Below are positions 18,819-28,545 of a stretch of DNA of 64,000 bases, in pieces. Each line of letters opens with the position of its first letter. Positions within the stretch are counted from its first letter, which is position 1. The notes under the pieces are model-generated. The model was not told the origin of the DNA, did no database searches, and saw only the letters and a list, made by a program, of their open reading frames with translations. The position numbers and the translations under genes are program-made. This DNA is from an uncultured virus (IMG/VR IMGVR_UViG_3300030104_002980) (Duplodnaviria > Heunggongvirae > Uroviricota > Caudoviricetes), in IMG/VR virus record IMGVR_UViG_3300030104_002980. The stretch is one strand, 5' to 3'.

Positions 18819-20489
18819 ATGTCTAAATTATTTGGGTTCTCGATTGAGAACACAGAACCACTATCTCCAAATGTAGTATCTCCAGTCCCTGAAAATAGGG
18901 AAGACGAGTCAGACTACTTTATGAGTAGTGGTTTTTTTGGTTCTTATGTTGACATTGAAGGTGTATTTAAAACTGAATTTGATTTAATAAAAAGATATCG
19001 TGAAATGAGTCTGCATCCAGAAGTGGATAGTGCCATTGAAGATATTGTAAATGAAGCTATAGTTTCTGATACAAATGATCATCCAGTTGAAATTGATCTA
19101 GATCATTTAAATGCAAGTGATGGAATTAAAAAGAAAGTAAGAGAAGAATTTAAATATATTCTTGATTTATTGGATTTTGATAAAAAAGCACATGAGATAT
19201 ATCGTAATTGGTATATTGATGGTAGAATCTATTACCACAAAGTAATTGATATTAAAAAACCAGAAGAGGGTATTCAAGAATTAAGATACATAGACGCAAT
19301 CAAAATGCGTTATATAAGACAAGAACAAAAATCAAAAGAGGACAAATATAAAGTAAACAATCTTTTATCAGATAATCCTACTGATTATCCCTTTCCAAAG
19401 ATAGAGGAGTATTTTGTTTATAATCCAAAAGCTGCATATCCAACTGGTAACATTCAAGCAAGAGGTGCATCTCAAGGAATTAAAATGTCAAGAGATTCAG
19501 TCTCTTATTGCACATCTGGTTTAGTAGATAGAAATAAAGGAACTACATTATCATACTTACACAAGGCCATCAAATCACTCAATCAATTACGTATGATTGA
19601 GGATAGTTTGGTGATATATAGATTATCCCGCGCTCCAGAGCGTAGGATTTTCTACATTGATGTAGGAAACTTGCCGAAGATCAAAGCAGAACAATATCTC
19701 AGAGATGTGATGATGCGATATCGAAACAAATTAGTTTACGACGCTAACACAGGAGAGATCCGCGATGACAAAAAGTATATGGCGATGCTTGAAGATTTCT
19801 GGTTGCCTAGAAGAGAAGGAGGGCGTGGAACTGAGATTTCTACTTTACCGGGAGGTCAAAATCTCGGAGAGATCACGGACATCGAATACTTCAAGAAAAA
19901 ACTCTATAGATCGCTCAATGTCCCGCCGTCGAGAATGGATGGCGAAGGAGGATTTAACTTGGGACGATCTTCAGAGATACTGAGAGATGAGTTAAAATTT
20001 ACTAAATTTGTTGGACGTTTGAGAAAAAGATTCTCAAATATGTTCCATGATATGTTACGCACTCAACTAATATTAAAGAACATTATTACCCCAGAAGACT
20101 GGGAAACAATGAGTGAGCACATACAATATGACTTTTTATATGATAATCACTTCTCTGAACTCAAAGAATCTGAGTTATTAAATGAGAGATTAGGTAACGT
20201 TGCAACAGCAGAACCATATATTGGAAAGTATTTCTCACAGGATTATGTAAGACGTAAGATACTTAGACAAACTGATGAGGATATCATAGAACAAGATAAA
20301 TTAATTAAACAAGAAATTGCGAGTGGTGCAATTCCAGATCCAAGTATTCCTGTTGATCCACAAACAGGTTTACCAATGGATCAAGATGGATCTACAGGAG
20401 ATCTTGGTGCACCAGTTCAAGAACCAGATCTAGAATCTGAAGGTGGTGCAACAGAAGCACCCACTATCCCTAGTGGTGGGGAAATATAA
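18819..20489 (+). CDS. gp20: Portal protein gp20
   Basis: YRLSRAPERRIFYIDVGNLPK, EDFWLPRREGGRGTEISTLPGG; CTAAATA at 18794-18800. Confidence 0.99.
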   Translation: MSKLFGFSIENTEPLSPNVVSPVPENREDESDYFMSSGFFGSYVDIEGVFKTEFDLIKRYREMSLHPEVDSAIEDIVNEAIVSDTNDHPVEIDLDHLNASDGIKKKVREEFKYILDLLDFDKKAHEIYRNWYIDGRIYYHKVIDIKKPEEGIQELRYIDAIKMRYIRQEQKSKEDKYKVNNLLSDNPTDYPFPKIEEYFVYNPKAAYPTGNIQARGASQGIKMSRDSVSYCTSGLVDRNKGTTLSYLHKAIKSLNQLRMIEDSLVIYRLSRAPERRIFYIDVGNLPKIKAEQYLRDVMMRYRNKLVYDANTGEIRDDKKYMAMLEDFWLPRREGGRGTEISTLPGGQNLGEITDIEYFKKKLYRSLNVPPSRMDGEGGFNLGRSSEILRDELKFTKFVGRLRKRFSNMFHDMLRTQLILKNIITPEDWETMSEHIQYDFLYDNHFSELKESELLNERLGNVATAEPYIGKYFSQDYVRRKILRQTDEDIIEQDKLIKQEIASGAIPDPSIPVDPQTGLPMDQDGSTGDLGAPVQEPDLESEGGATEAPTIPSGGEI

Positions 20490-20521
20490 ATATAAAAGGT
20501 TAAAGTATTATTTTCTAAAAT

Positions 20522-20758
20522 ATGGACGATTTAATGGATATGATCATCGCTGATGAATCGCCGTCACAAATTAGTGATACGATTAAAGATGCTTTGTTTT
20601 CAAAATCAGCTGAGCGTGTTGATGCCTTTCGACCTCAAGTGTCATCATCAATTTTTGATAATGGTGAAGTAGAGGATGAAATAGAGGATGAAGTAGAAGC
20701 AGAGACTGAAACAGACGTAGAAGCTGAAGCAGATACTGAAATAGGTGACGAAGAGTAA
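20522..20758 (+). CDS. Small acidic protein between gp20 and gp21 (prohead core-like position)
   Basis: 78 aa with very acidic tail; TATAAATA at 20485-20492. Confidence 0.7.
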   Translation: MDDLMDMIIADESPSQISDTIKDALFSKSAERVDAFRPQVSSSIFDNGEVEDEIEDEVEAETETDVEAEADTEIGDEE

Positions 20759-20794
20759 CCTATAAATAAATAAAAAATGATCTAGAGTATATCA

Positions 20795-21397
20795 ATGGCT
20801 TTAAGAACTGTCGGGACAGGGGCATCACTACCAATAAAAGTGGGTGTAGCGCAGACATCTTCGTTTTTCACAGTGCAATCAGGTTACATGCGTGTAGTCG
20901 CAAAAGGATCTGGTGCACATGTCACTATTGGAACCGATGCTAGTGCAGCAATAACTGATTTGTATATTCATGCAGGCCCCGAAGGTGAAACTTTATCAAT
21001 GACTAAGGCATCGCAAAGAGTTGTTGGTATAAGCACTGGAACAACAACTGTTCTCACTGCACCTGAAGGAACACATATGCCATTTGTTCCCGGTGACATC
21101 GTAACAGTTGAATTTGGTAGTAATGCATCTGTTGATACTAATTACAGTGCAAAACTAACTGGTGGAGTATCAGTTCTTTCAGTTGATAATAACATTCCAA
21201 ATGTTATATCAGATAACTTTGCTCGCAGTAACATTACTGTTGCAGCAGATACATCGGGTATTATCACAGCATTTAATTCAGCAGCAGATTCCACTGTAAG
21301 AAAAGTTTTAAAACTATCTTGCATTGCTGCAACGGGTGAAGGTGCTGCTAATAGTGTATTCCATTTTCAACAAGTTCAAACTACAGGTAGTGCGTAA
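20795..21397 (+). CDS. Hypothetical late (likely virion) protein
   Basis: 200 aa, small-residue-rich beta composition; TATAAATA at 20761-20768. Confidence 0.7.
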   Translation: MALRTVGTGASLPIKVGVAQTSSFFTVQSGYMRVVAKGSGAHVTIGTDASAAITDLYIHAGPEGETLSMTKASQRVVGISTGTTTVLTAPEGTHMPFVPGDIVTVEFGSNASVDTNYSAKLTGGVSVLSVDNNIPNVISDNFARSNITVAADTSGIITAFNSAADSTVRKVLKLSCIAATGEGAANSVFHFQQVQTTGSA

Positions 21398-22047
21398 TGA
21401 AACTGATTAGAGAAGAAATCGAAACCGTTGAATTTCTTGTCGAACAAAAGAACGGCAAAAAATCAATGTATATCGAAGGTGTATTCTTACAAGGAAACAT
21501 TAAAAACCGTAATGGTAGAATGTATCCTATGGAAACTCTTCGTAAAGAGGTTTCTCGTTATAATGAGAATCACATACAATCTGGAAGAGCACTTGGTGAA
21601 TTAGGTCATCCCGAAGGCCCAACTGTTAATCTAGATCGTGTTTCCCATAAAATTGTATCACTCAGAGAGAACGGATCCAATTTTATTGGTAAGGCAAAAT
21701 TATTATCCACACCAATGGGTAAAATTGCGTCTTCTCTCGTCGAAGAAGGAGTCAAACTCGGAGTCTCATCTCGTGGAGTTGGATCTCTTAAAATGACAAG
21801 AGAAGGTATAAATGTAGTAGGAAGCGACTTTATGTTGGCGACTGCTGCAGATATAGTTGCCGACCCTTCCGCACCAGATGCTTTCGTTGAAGGAATCATG
21901 GAAGGAAAGGAGTGGGTATGGGATGGAGGAATACTTCGAGAGAAGTATGCTGAAAAAACATACAAACAAATTAATACATTAACAGATCAGAAAAAATTAG
22001 ATGAGCAGAAATTGAACCTGTTCAACGACTTTTTGTCTAATTTATAA
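21397..22047 (+). CDS. gp21: Prohead protease gp21
   Basis: ALGELGHP, GVSSRG.GS (catalytic Ser), DIVADPSAPDA. Confidence 0.98.
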   Translation: MKLIREEIETVEFLVEQKNGKKSMYIEGVFLQGNIKNRNGRMYPMETLRKEVSRYNENHIQSGRALGELGHPEGPTVNLDRVSHKIVSLRENGSNFIGKAKLLSTPMGKIASSLVEEGVKLGVSSRGVGSLKMTREGINVVGSDFMLATAADIVADPSAPDAFVEGIMEGKEWVWDGGILREKYAEKTYKQINTLTDQKKLDEQKLNLFNDFLSNL

Positions 22048-22097
22048 CTTTTCTAAATAAAAATAGTTTCAAATCAAGACTCATCGGAGTAGTTAAA

Positions 22098-23225
22098 ATG
22101 TCTCGTGGCACAAAATTACAAGAAATGGAAGTAAAGACACAGCAATCTAAATCCGCTGTCAATGCTAACGCCAAGCCAGGCGATCCAATGCCAAAACTTA
22201 CAACAGGTGGAACACCACCAACATATGAAGATCTCGGAGGGCCAACTCCTGAGAATTATAGACCAGATGATGATTCGGCAAAAATCAAAGAGCCAGGCGG
22301 TTCCCTTAAACAAGTTAAGGATGTCGTTAACAAAGGTGCTAAAGGAGCAGACCCCATGAAGTCCGGTGGGAAAGGTTACAAGGAGGAAGAAGAGGTGGAA
22401 CTCGAAGACCAGCAAGAAATTGTTTCTGAAGATGACGCTGCTACCGAAGAGGAAGTAGTTGCAGAAGAAGATCAAGTAACCGAAGAGCAAGTTGAAACTT
22501 ATGACATCGATGATGATGTCAAAGCTTTACTTGGAGGAGAAGAACTCTCTGAAGAGTTTAAAAACAAAGCAAAAACAATCTTTGAGACTGCGCTCAAGTC
22601 TAAAGTTGCCGAAGTAAGGTCACTTTTAGAGCAGCAATACGAGGAAAAACTCGGACAAGAGATTGTTGAAGCAAAAGAGGAACTCTCAAGTAGAGTTGAC
22701 TCATATCTTGAGTATGTCGCTGACGAATGGTTTACTGAAAACCAGTTAGCAGTAGAGACAGGACTCAAAGAAGAACTTACAGAATCATTCCTTGGTGGAA
22801 TGAAAAGTCTTTTTGAAGAACATTATGTATCAATCCCTGAAGACAAATACGATGTGCTTGAGAGCATGGTAGAAAAACTTGATGACATGGAAACAAAACT
22901 CAATGAGCAAATTGAGAAGAATATTGGATTAAACAAACGTCTCGCAGAGTCGGTTGCCGATGGTATTCTTGATGAAGTTTCTGAAGGGCTCGCGTCCACA
23001 CAGAAAGAGAAGCTCGCTTCACTTGCCGAAAGTGTAGAGTTTGAAAGTGAATCCGAATATCGTGAGAAGCTAGAGGTTTTAAGAGAATCATATTTCTCTT
23101 CAAAATCAACACCTTCATCAGCTAAAACTGAAACTTTATCTGAGGGAGTAGATAGTTCACCTGAATCAGTTCAGGGTTCTATGAGTGCATACCTGAAAAC
23201 ACTTTCAGCATTTAGCAAAAACTGA
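22098..23225 (+). CDS. gp22: Prohead core scaffold gp22
   Basis: LSEEFKNKAKTIFE, VDSYLEYVADEW; acidic coiled coil; CTAAATA at 22053-22059. Confidence 0.95.
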   Translation: MSRGTKLQEMEVKTQQSKSAVNANAKPGDPMPKLTTGGTPPTYEDLGGPTPENYRPDDDSAKIKEPGGSLKQVKDVVNKGAKGADPMKSGGKGYKEEEEVELEDQQEIVSEDDAATEEEVVAEEDQVTEEQVETYDIDDDVKALLGGEELSEEFKNKAKTIFETALKSKVAEVRSLLEQQYEEKLGQEIVEAKEELSSRVDSYLEYVADEWFTENQLAVETGLKEELTESFLGGMKSLFEEHYVSIPEDKYDVLESMVEKLDDMETKLNEQIEKNIGLNKRLAESVADGILDEVSEGLASTQKEKLASLAESVEFESESEYREKLEVLRESYFSSKSTPSSAKTETLSEGVDSSPESVQGSMSAYLKTLSAFSKN

Positions 23226-23270
23226 TTTTAAAATTAAATCAAACGTAAACTTTAAAAGGTAAATCCGCAA

Positions 23271-24713
23271 ATGTTTCAATCAGAATCATTGCAGGAAAAG
23301 TGGAAGCCACTTCTTAACTATGAGGGCCTTGACGAAATCAAAGATCCCCATCGTAAAGCAGTTACCGCTGTCCTGTTAGAAAATCAAGAAAAATTCCTCA
23401 GAGAGGAGCAAGCATTTACATCAGGAATCAACCTGATGGAACAACCAACTGTTAATACAAACACTGGTGCTAATGCTGGTTTCAGTGCTGGTGCAACTGC
23501 ATCTGGCCCTGTCGCTGGTTTTGACCCTGTATTAATCAGTCTTATCCGTCGTTCTATGCCTAACTTGGTCGCATATGACCTAGCAGGTGTTCAACCAATG
23601 AGCGGCCCAACTGGACTTATCTTCGCGATGAGATCCAAGTATAACACCATGTCCGGTGGAAGTTCTACAGAAACATTCTACAACGAAGTAGATTCTGCAT
23701 TCTCCGGTCGTGACAGAGGAACTAACGCCGAAACAGGTTTTGTTGACGGTGCAGCTGGTATGGGAACAACATCTGTTTCTGCTACTAACCCTGCAGTTCT
23801 TAACCCTGTATCATCTGCTGATTCCACATCCTACAGAGTAGGTCAAGGAATGAGAACAGACGAGGCAGAAGCGTTGAATACTGGTCAAGATCAGTTCAAC
23901 CAGATGGCATTCTCAATCGAGAAGATCACTGTTACTGCTAAGTCCAGAGCACTAAAGGCAGAGTATAGTTTAGAACTTGCTCAAGACCTTAAGGCAATCC
24001 ACGGATTAAACGCAGAGGCAGAACTTGCTAACATCTTATCAACTGAGATACTTGCTGAGATAAACAGAGAAGTTATCAGAACAATCTATAAGACTGCAGA
24101 GCAAGGTGCTGTTCAAAACGTTGCAACCGCTGGTATATTTGACTTAGACGTTGACTCCAACGGTAGATGGTCAGTTGAGAAGTTCAAAGGACTACTCTTC
24201 CAGATCGAAAGAGATGCGAACGCAATTGCACAAAGAACTCGTAGAGGAAAGGGTAACATCATCCTTTGTTCTGCTGACGTTGCTTCTGCTCTAACAATGG
24301 CTGGCGTTCTTGACTACACTCCTGCACTTAATGCTAACCTTAACGTTGATGACACCGGTAATACATTTGCTGGAACATTACAAGGTAAGTTCAGAGTATA
24401 CATCGACCCATATGCTGCTAACCTAACAGGTTCTGCATCTGGTGGTGCTGCTCCTACAGGTGGTAATCAATACTATGTTGTTGGTTACAAAGGAACATCT
24501 CCATACGATGCTGGATTGTTCTACTGCCCTTACGTTCCACTTCAGATGGTTCGTGCAGTGGGAGAAAATAGTTTCCAACCAAAAATCGGGTTTAAGACTC
24601 GTTATGGTATGGTTGCTAACCCATTCGCAGAAGGCACACAAGCAGGTCTTGGTTTCCTTAGTGTTAACTCAAACCGCTACTACAGACGTGTTGCTGTTAA
24701 AAACCTTATGTAA
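23271..24713 (+). CDS. gp23: Major capsid protein gp23
   Basis: GVQPMSGPTGLIFAMRS, KSRALKAEYSLELAQDLKAIHGL, FQPKIGFKTRYG. Confidence 0.99.
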   Translation: MFQSESLQEKWKPLLNYEGLDEIKDPHRKAVTAVLLENQEKFLREEQAFTSGINLMEQPTVNTNTGANAGFSAGATASGPVAGFDPVLISLIRRSMPNLVAYDLAGVQPMSGPTGLIFAMRSKYNTMSGGSSTETFYNEVDSAFSGRDRGTNAETGFVDGAAGMGTTSVSATNPAVLNPVSSADSTSYRVGQGMRTDEAEALNTGQDQFNQMAFSIEKITVTAKSRALKAEYSLELAQDLKAIHGLNAEAELANILSTEILAEINREVIRTIYKTAEQGAVQNVATAGIFDLDVDSNGRWSVEKFKGLLFQIERDANAIAQRTRRGKGNIILCSADVASALTMAGVLDYTPALNANLNVDDTGNTFAGTLQGKFRVYIDPYAANLTGSASGGAAPTGGNQYYVVGYKGTSPYDAGLFYCPYVPLQMVRAVGENSFQPKIGFKTRYGMVANPFAEGTQAGLGFLSVNSNRYYRRVAVKNLM

Positions 24714-24735
24714 GCGAGATGCTTATATATCTTTC

Positions 24736-24764
24736 AAAGAGACCCTTGACGGGTCTCTTTTTTT
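24736..24764 (+). terminator. Intrinsic terminator after gp23 (loop TTGAC)
   Basis: AAAGAGACCC-TTGAC-GGGTCTCTTT plus T tract. Confidence 0.9.
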
Positions 24765-24774
24765 ATGCTATTCT
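24746..24774 (+). promoter_or_regulatory. sigma70-like promoter TTGACG-17-TATTCT (TG extended -10) embedded in the terminator
   Basis: -35 at 24746-24751, 17-bp spacer, TG at 24766-67, -10 at 24769-24774. Confidence 0.6.
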
Positions 24775-24799
24775 ATAAAAGCATACACACATTTACACT

Positions 24800-25003
24800 A
24801 TGAAACCCGTAGCACGAGTAACCGACAAGTTTGATGTCGTCACTTTTTTAGCAGATCAATATCTATTAGAGTCTATTAATAGTATCGATAAAAGATTAGG
24901 GCAAGGATATGCCAAAAAGAATCCTCAATTAGTTTCTACAATGGTTAAAGTTATGCAAGATTGTTCTTTTGTTAATGAAGGACAAATTGCAGTATTAAAT
25001 TAG
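24800..25003 (+). CDS. Small hypothetical protein between two terminators
   Basis: 67 aa; IDKRLGQGYAKKNPQLV motif. Confidence 0.7.
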   Translation: MKPVARVTDKFDVVTFLADQYLLESINSIDKRLGQGYAKKNPQLVSTMVKVMQDCSFVNEGQIAVLN

Positions 25004-25009
25004 CAAGAG

Positions 25010-25033
25010 GAGACCCGAAAGGGTCTCTTTTTT
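25010..25033 (+). terminator. Intrinsic terminator (GAAA tetraloop)
   Basis: GAGACCC-GAAA-GGGTCTC-TTTTTT; followed by late promoter CTAAATA at 25036-25042. Confidence 0.9.
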
Positions 25034-25059
25034 ATCTAAATAAAGAAAAGAGTAATAAT

Positions 25060-25614
25060 ATGTCTCGACCATCACAAATTGAAAATAGAAATTTTCTCTC
25101 TCCAGTTGGGTTTAAATTTAACCTTAAACGAAGTCCGGGGGTTGCTTTCTTTTGCAATACTGCAAATATTCCAGACCTCAACTTAGGAGTTGCCAACCAA
25201 CCCAATTACTTAAGAGATATACCAGTTCCCGGTGATAAAATTGATTTCGGTGATTTAAACATCCGATTTCTTGTTGATGAAGACTTAAAAAATTTCATGG
25301 AAATACAAAAATGGTTAAGAGGTTTAGGTTTTCCAGAAGAAGTTCAAGAGTTTCGTGATTGGGAAGCAAGTGGACTTCAACCAAAAAGAAACTATGGTAA
25401 AGCACCTCAAGATATTTTTTCTGATGGAACTTTACAAATTTTAAGTAGTAACTTTATTCCTAAATTTAATGTTACATTTAAAGATTTATGGCCTTATAGT
25501 TTGACTACTTTATCATTCGATGCTACAGATACAGATATTGAATACTTTACAGCTGATGCAAGTTTTAAATATACCATGTATAATATAACTGACTTATCCA
25601 ATAATCCTTTATGA
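25060..25614 (+). CDS. gp3: Tail tube terminator/completion protein gp3
   Basis: NFLSPVGFKF, PGDK..FGDL.IRFLVDEDL.N, SDGTLQIL motifs; synteny. Confidence 0.9.
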   Translation: MSRPSQIENRNFLSPVGFKFNLKRSPGVAFFCNTANIPDLNLGVANQPNYLRDIPVPGDKIDFGDLNIRFLVDEDLKNFMEIQKWLRGLGFPEEVQEFRDWEASGLQPKRNYGKAPQDIFSDGTLQILSSNFIPKFNVTFKDLWPYSLTTLSFDATDTDIEYFTADASFKYTMYNITDLSNNPL

Positions 25615-26045
25615 TTGATCTTGAAAAACTTCAAGAGATGTGGGAAAAAGATGCAAAAATAGATCGTGATAATCTACATGATGAGTCACTTAATATCCCC
25701 TCTCTACATGCAAAATATTTTGAATTATATAATACAATCTTTCTATTAAGAAAAAAAGCAGAACAACAAAGAAAAAATATTCGTCATGAACGGTATGAGT
25801 ATTTTAGTGGAAAAGCAGATCCAGATGTTTATATTGAGAATCCATTTCCAAAAAAGATAAGAGATAAAGATACCATGACTAAGTATCTTGATGCAGATGA
25901 TAAATTATCAAATGCCACTTTGAAAATAGATTACTATGATACGATGTTAGTATATCTCGAAAGTATTCTTAAAGTAATACAAAATAGGACATTTCAAATT
26001 AAAAATGCCATTGAGTTTATGAGATTTAATTCTGGACTGGGTTGA
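25611..26045 (+). CDS. uvsY: Recombination mediator UvsY
   Basis: IPSLHAKY, YLDAD, RTFQIKNAIEF; upstream of uvsW. Confidence 0.92.
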   Translation: MIDLEKLQEMWEKDAKIDRDNLHDESLNIPSLHAKYFELYNTIFLLRKKAEQQRKNIRHERYEYFSGKADPDVYIENPFPKKIRDKDTMTKYLDADDKLSNATLKIDYYDTMLVYLESILKVIQNRTFQIKNAIEFMRFNSGLG

Positions 26046-26072
26046 TAAATACATATAGATTTATGGATCTAT

Positions 26073-27545
26073 GTGACAGCAAACGTTGTTATATCTAAAG
26101 CAAATGAAGTATTCTTGACAGTAAATGCTGAACCACACATTCAGTATGAACTTCGAGATCATTTCACATTTCAGGTTGAGGGTGCAAAGTTTATGCCCCA
26201 ATATCGTAATCGTAACTGGAATGGTGAAATACATTTATTTGATCTACGGTCAAAAAGAATTTACATTGGACTGTTAGATCGTATCATAGCATTTTGTAAG
26301 AAGCACGATTATAGTTATAGATTTGAAGATAATGAATATTACGGATCTCCTTTTGAGTTAAATGAAAGGATTTCATATGAAGGTGTAAAAGATTATATAC
26401 GTTCTATTTCAAGAATTTCCCCTCGTAATTATCAGATAGATGGAGTATATGATGCCTTACGGCACAATAGAAAATTATTGATATCACCGACTGCTTCAGG
26501 TAAATCTTTGATGATTTACGCTCTTGTAAGATATTATGTAGATAAATCTCAAAAAATCCTGCTAGTTGTTCCAACGACATCCCTTGTAGAACAGATGTAT
26601 AAGGACTTTCAAGATTATGGTTGGGATTCTGATTCATACTGCCATCGAATATATTCTGGAAAAGAAAAGACCAATGAATATCCAGTTACGATTACAACAT
26701 GGCAATCTGTATATAAACTTGAAAGATCTTTCTTTGAAGATTATAGTGTAATCATTGGAGATGAAGCTCACCTATTTAAGAGTAAGTCATTAATATCTAT
26801 AATGACAAAACTACATCATGCAAAATATCGTTTTGGATTTACTGGAACTTTGGATGGAACACAAACACATAAGTGGGTATTAGAGGGATTATTTGGCCCA
26901 TCATATAAAGTAACTAAAACAGATGAATTGATGAAGCAGGGTCATCTATCTCAATTGGATATACAATGTTTAGTTCTCAAACACTCTCCACAAAAATTTG
27001 AAACATATGAAGATGAACTGCAATATTTAATCACACATTCACAAAGAAATCGTTTCATTACTAACTTAGCACTTGATCTAAAAGGTAATACTCTTATCTT
27101 ATACAGTCGAGTAGAAACTCATGGTGCAGTTTTATATGAACTAATAAATACTAACAAGAGTGGTAATCGAAAAGTTTTCTTTGTTCATGGTGGTGTGGAT
27201 GCTGAAGAAAGAGAACAGATTCGTGAAATCACTGAGAGAGAAGTGAATGCTATTATTGTTGCATCCTATGGAACATTTTCAACAGGTATCAATATTAAAA
27301 ACTTGCATAATATTGTTTTTGCCTCTCCGTCAAAGTCTCGAATTAGAAACCTCCAAAGCATTGGCAGAATACTCAGAAAAGGAACTAACAAAACCAAAGC
27401 TATTCTATACGATATCTCTGATGACTGCTCTAATAAATCTAGAAAAAACTACACATTAAATCATCTAATAGAAAGAATAAAAATTTATAACGAAGAAAAC
27501 TTTAACTATGAAATAATTACAATTCAATTAAAAGGAGACAAATGA
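26073..27545 (+). CDS. uvsW: SF2 helicase UvsW
   Basis: SPTASGKS, DEAH, GFTGT, LQSIGR.LR. Confidence 0.96.
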   Translation: MTANVVISKANEVFLTVNAEPHIQYELRDHFTFQVEGAKFMPQYRNRNWNGEIHLFDLRSKRIYIGLLDRIIAFCKKHDYSYRFEDNEYYGSPFELNERISYEGVKDYIRSISRISPRNYQIDGVYDALRHNRKLLISPTASGKSLMIYALVRYYVDKSQKILLVVPTTSLVEQMYKDFQDYGWDSDSYCHRIYSGKEKTNEYPVTITTWQSVYKLERSFFEDYSVIIGDEAHLFKSKSLISIMTKLHHAKYRFGFTGTLDGTQTHKWVLEGLFGPSYKVTKTDELMKQGHLSQLDIQCLVLKHSPQKFETYEDELQYLITHSQRNRFITNLALDLKGNTLILYSRVETHGAVLYELINTNKSGNRKVFFVHGGVDAEEREQIREITEREVNAIIVASYGTFSTGINIKNLHNIVFASPSKSRIRNLQSIGRILRKGTNKTKAILYDISDDCSNKSRKNYTLNHLIERIKIYNEENFNYEIITIQLKGDK

Positions 27546-27937
27546 TAGAAGACGATTTTTATGCTACAATAAAATTTAAGAATGGTGAAGAAATATTTGC
27601 CAAGGTAGCAGCCTCTGAAGAAGAGGATAGAACTTTACTTATTGTATCTAATCCTATCGTTATTAATGAAGTTAAAGCAAAGAATGGAATTTCTGGATAT
27701 CGAATTGAACCATGGTTAAAAACAACTAAAGAAGATATATTCATGATTAATTTAACAGATATCCTAACCTTATCAGAATCATATGATGTTGAAGTAATTT
27801 CAATGTATCAAAAATGGGTAAAGGATACGACAAGAGTAAAAAACAAAGAACCAAAACTAAGTCGTGAAATGGGATATATTGCTAGTGTAAGTGATGCAAA
27901 AGATATATTAGAAAAACTATTTAAACTTAAAGGCTAA
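27542..27937 (+). CDS. Conserved hypothetical protein (possible Sm-like fold)
   Basis: IKFKNGEEIFAKV...PW motif; usual neighbour between uvsW and gp55. Confidence 0.75.
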   Translation: MIEDDFYATIKFKNGEEIFAKVAASEEEDRTLLIVSNPIVINEVKAKNGISGYRIEPWLKTTKEDIFMINLTDILTLSESYDVEVISMYQKWVKDTTRVKNKEPKLSREMGYIASVSDAKDILEKLFKLKG

Positions 27938-27962
27938 TTACCCTTGAACCTCTACAAAGGTT

Positions 27963-27991
27963 ATTCTACACATATTTTAATACCTTGTCAA
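27963..27991 (-). promoter_or_regulatory. Leftward sigma70-like promoter TTGACA-17-TAGAAT (antisense)
   Basis: Reverse complement of ATTCTA(27963-68)...TGTCAA(27986-91) with an exact 17-bp spacer. Confidence 0.65.
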
Positions 27992-27996
27992 GTAGC

Positions 27997-28025
27997 TTGC
28001 TATTTTGATACAAAAATGTTATAAT
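27997..28025 (+). promoter_or_regulatory. sigma70-like promoter TTGCTA-17-TATAAT for gp55
   Basis: -35 at 27997-28002, TG extension, -10 at 28020-28025. Confidence 0.75.
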
Positions 28026-28050
28026 TTCTACATAATAATGATTAATAGTT

Positions 28051-28545
28051 ATGGCAATAATTAAACCTATGCCGAAAAGAAAACGATCTGAACATTATGT
28101 GAATAACAAAGAGTTTCTTGCTGCTTTGATTCGATACCGTGAAGATGTAGAGATAGCAGAAATTAGAGGTAATCCAAAACCAGTTATTCCAAGATATATT
28201 GGTGATTGTTTTTTAAAGATTGCTAATCATCTATCATTTAAACCAAACTTTGTAAATTATATGTTCAAGGAGGACATGATCTCTGATGGAATCGAAAATT
28301 GCGTTCAATACATACATAATTTTAATCCTGAGAAATCCAAAAATCCTTTTGCTTACTTTACGCAGATTATTCATTTTGCGTTTCTCAGGAGAATACAAAG
28401 AGAAAAAAGACAATTAGATATTAAAAATAAAATACTAGAAAGATCCGGTTATGATGAAGTCTTTCATGGTGATAAGGTTGACGGAATGGCTACTTCCGAC
28501 TATAATCAAATTAAGGATGCAGTGCACTCTAAACTACGTTATTAA
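28051..28545 (+). CDS. gp55: Late-transcription sigma factor gp55
   Basis: HYVNNKEF, EDMISDGIENC, NPFAYFTQI. Confidence 0.97.
   Translation: MAIIKPMPKRKRSEHYVNNKEFLAALIRYREDVEIAEIRGNPKPVIPRYIGDCFLKIANHLSFKPNFVNYMFKEDMISDGIENCVQYIHNFNPEKSKNPFAYFTQIIHFAFLRRIQREKRQLDIKNKILERSGYDEVFHGDKVDGMATSDYNQIKDAVHSKLRY

Noticed and set aside
9466..22091. Short hairpins in late leaders (9466 GGGA..TCCC, 13019 ACGA..TCGT, 15845 CTGAG..CTCGG, 22079 ACTC..GAGT) as an ncRNA family
   Set aside because: Stems are only 4-5 bp with no shared loop; not distinguishable from chance or generic 5' stabilisers.
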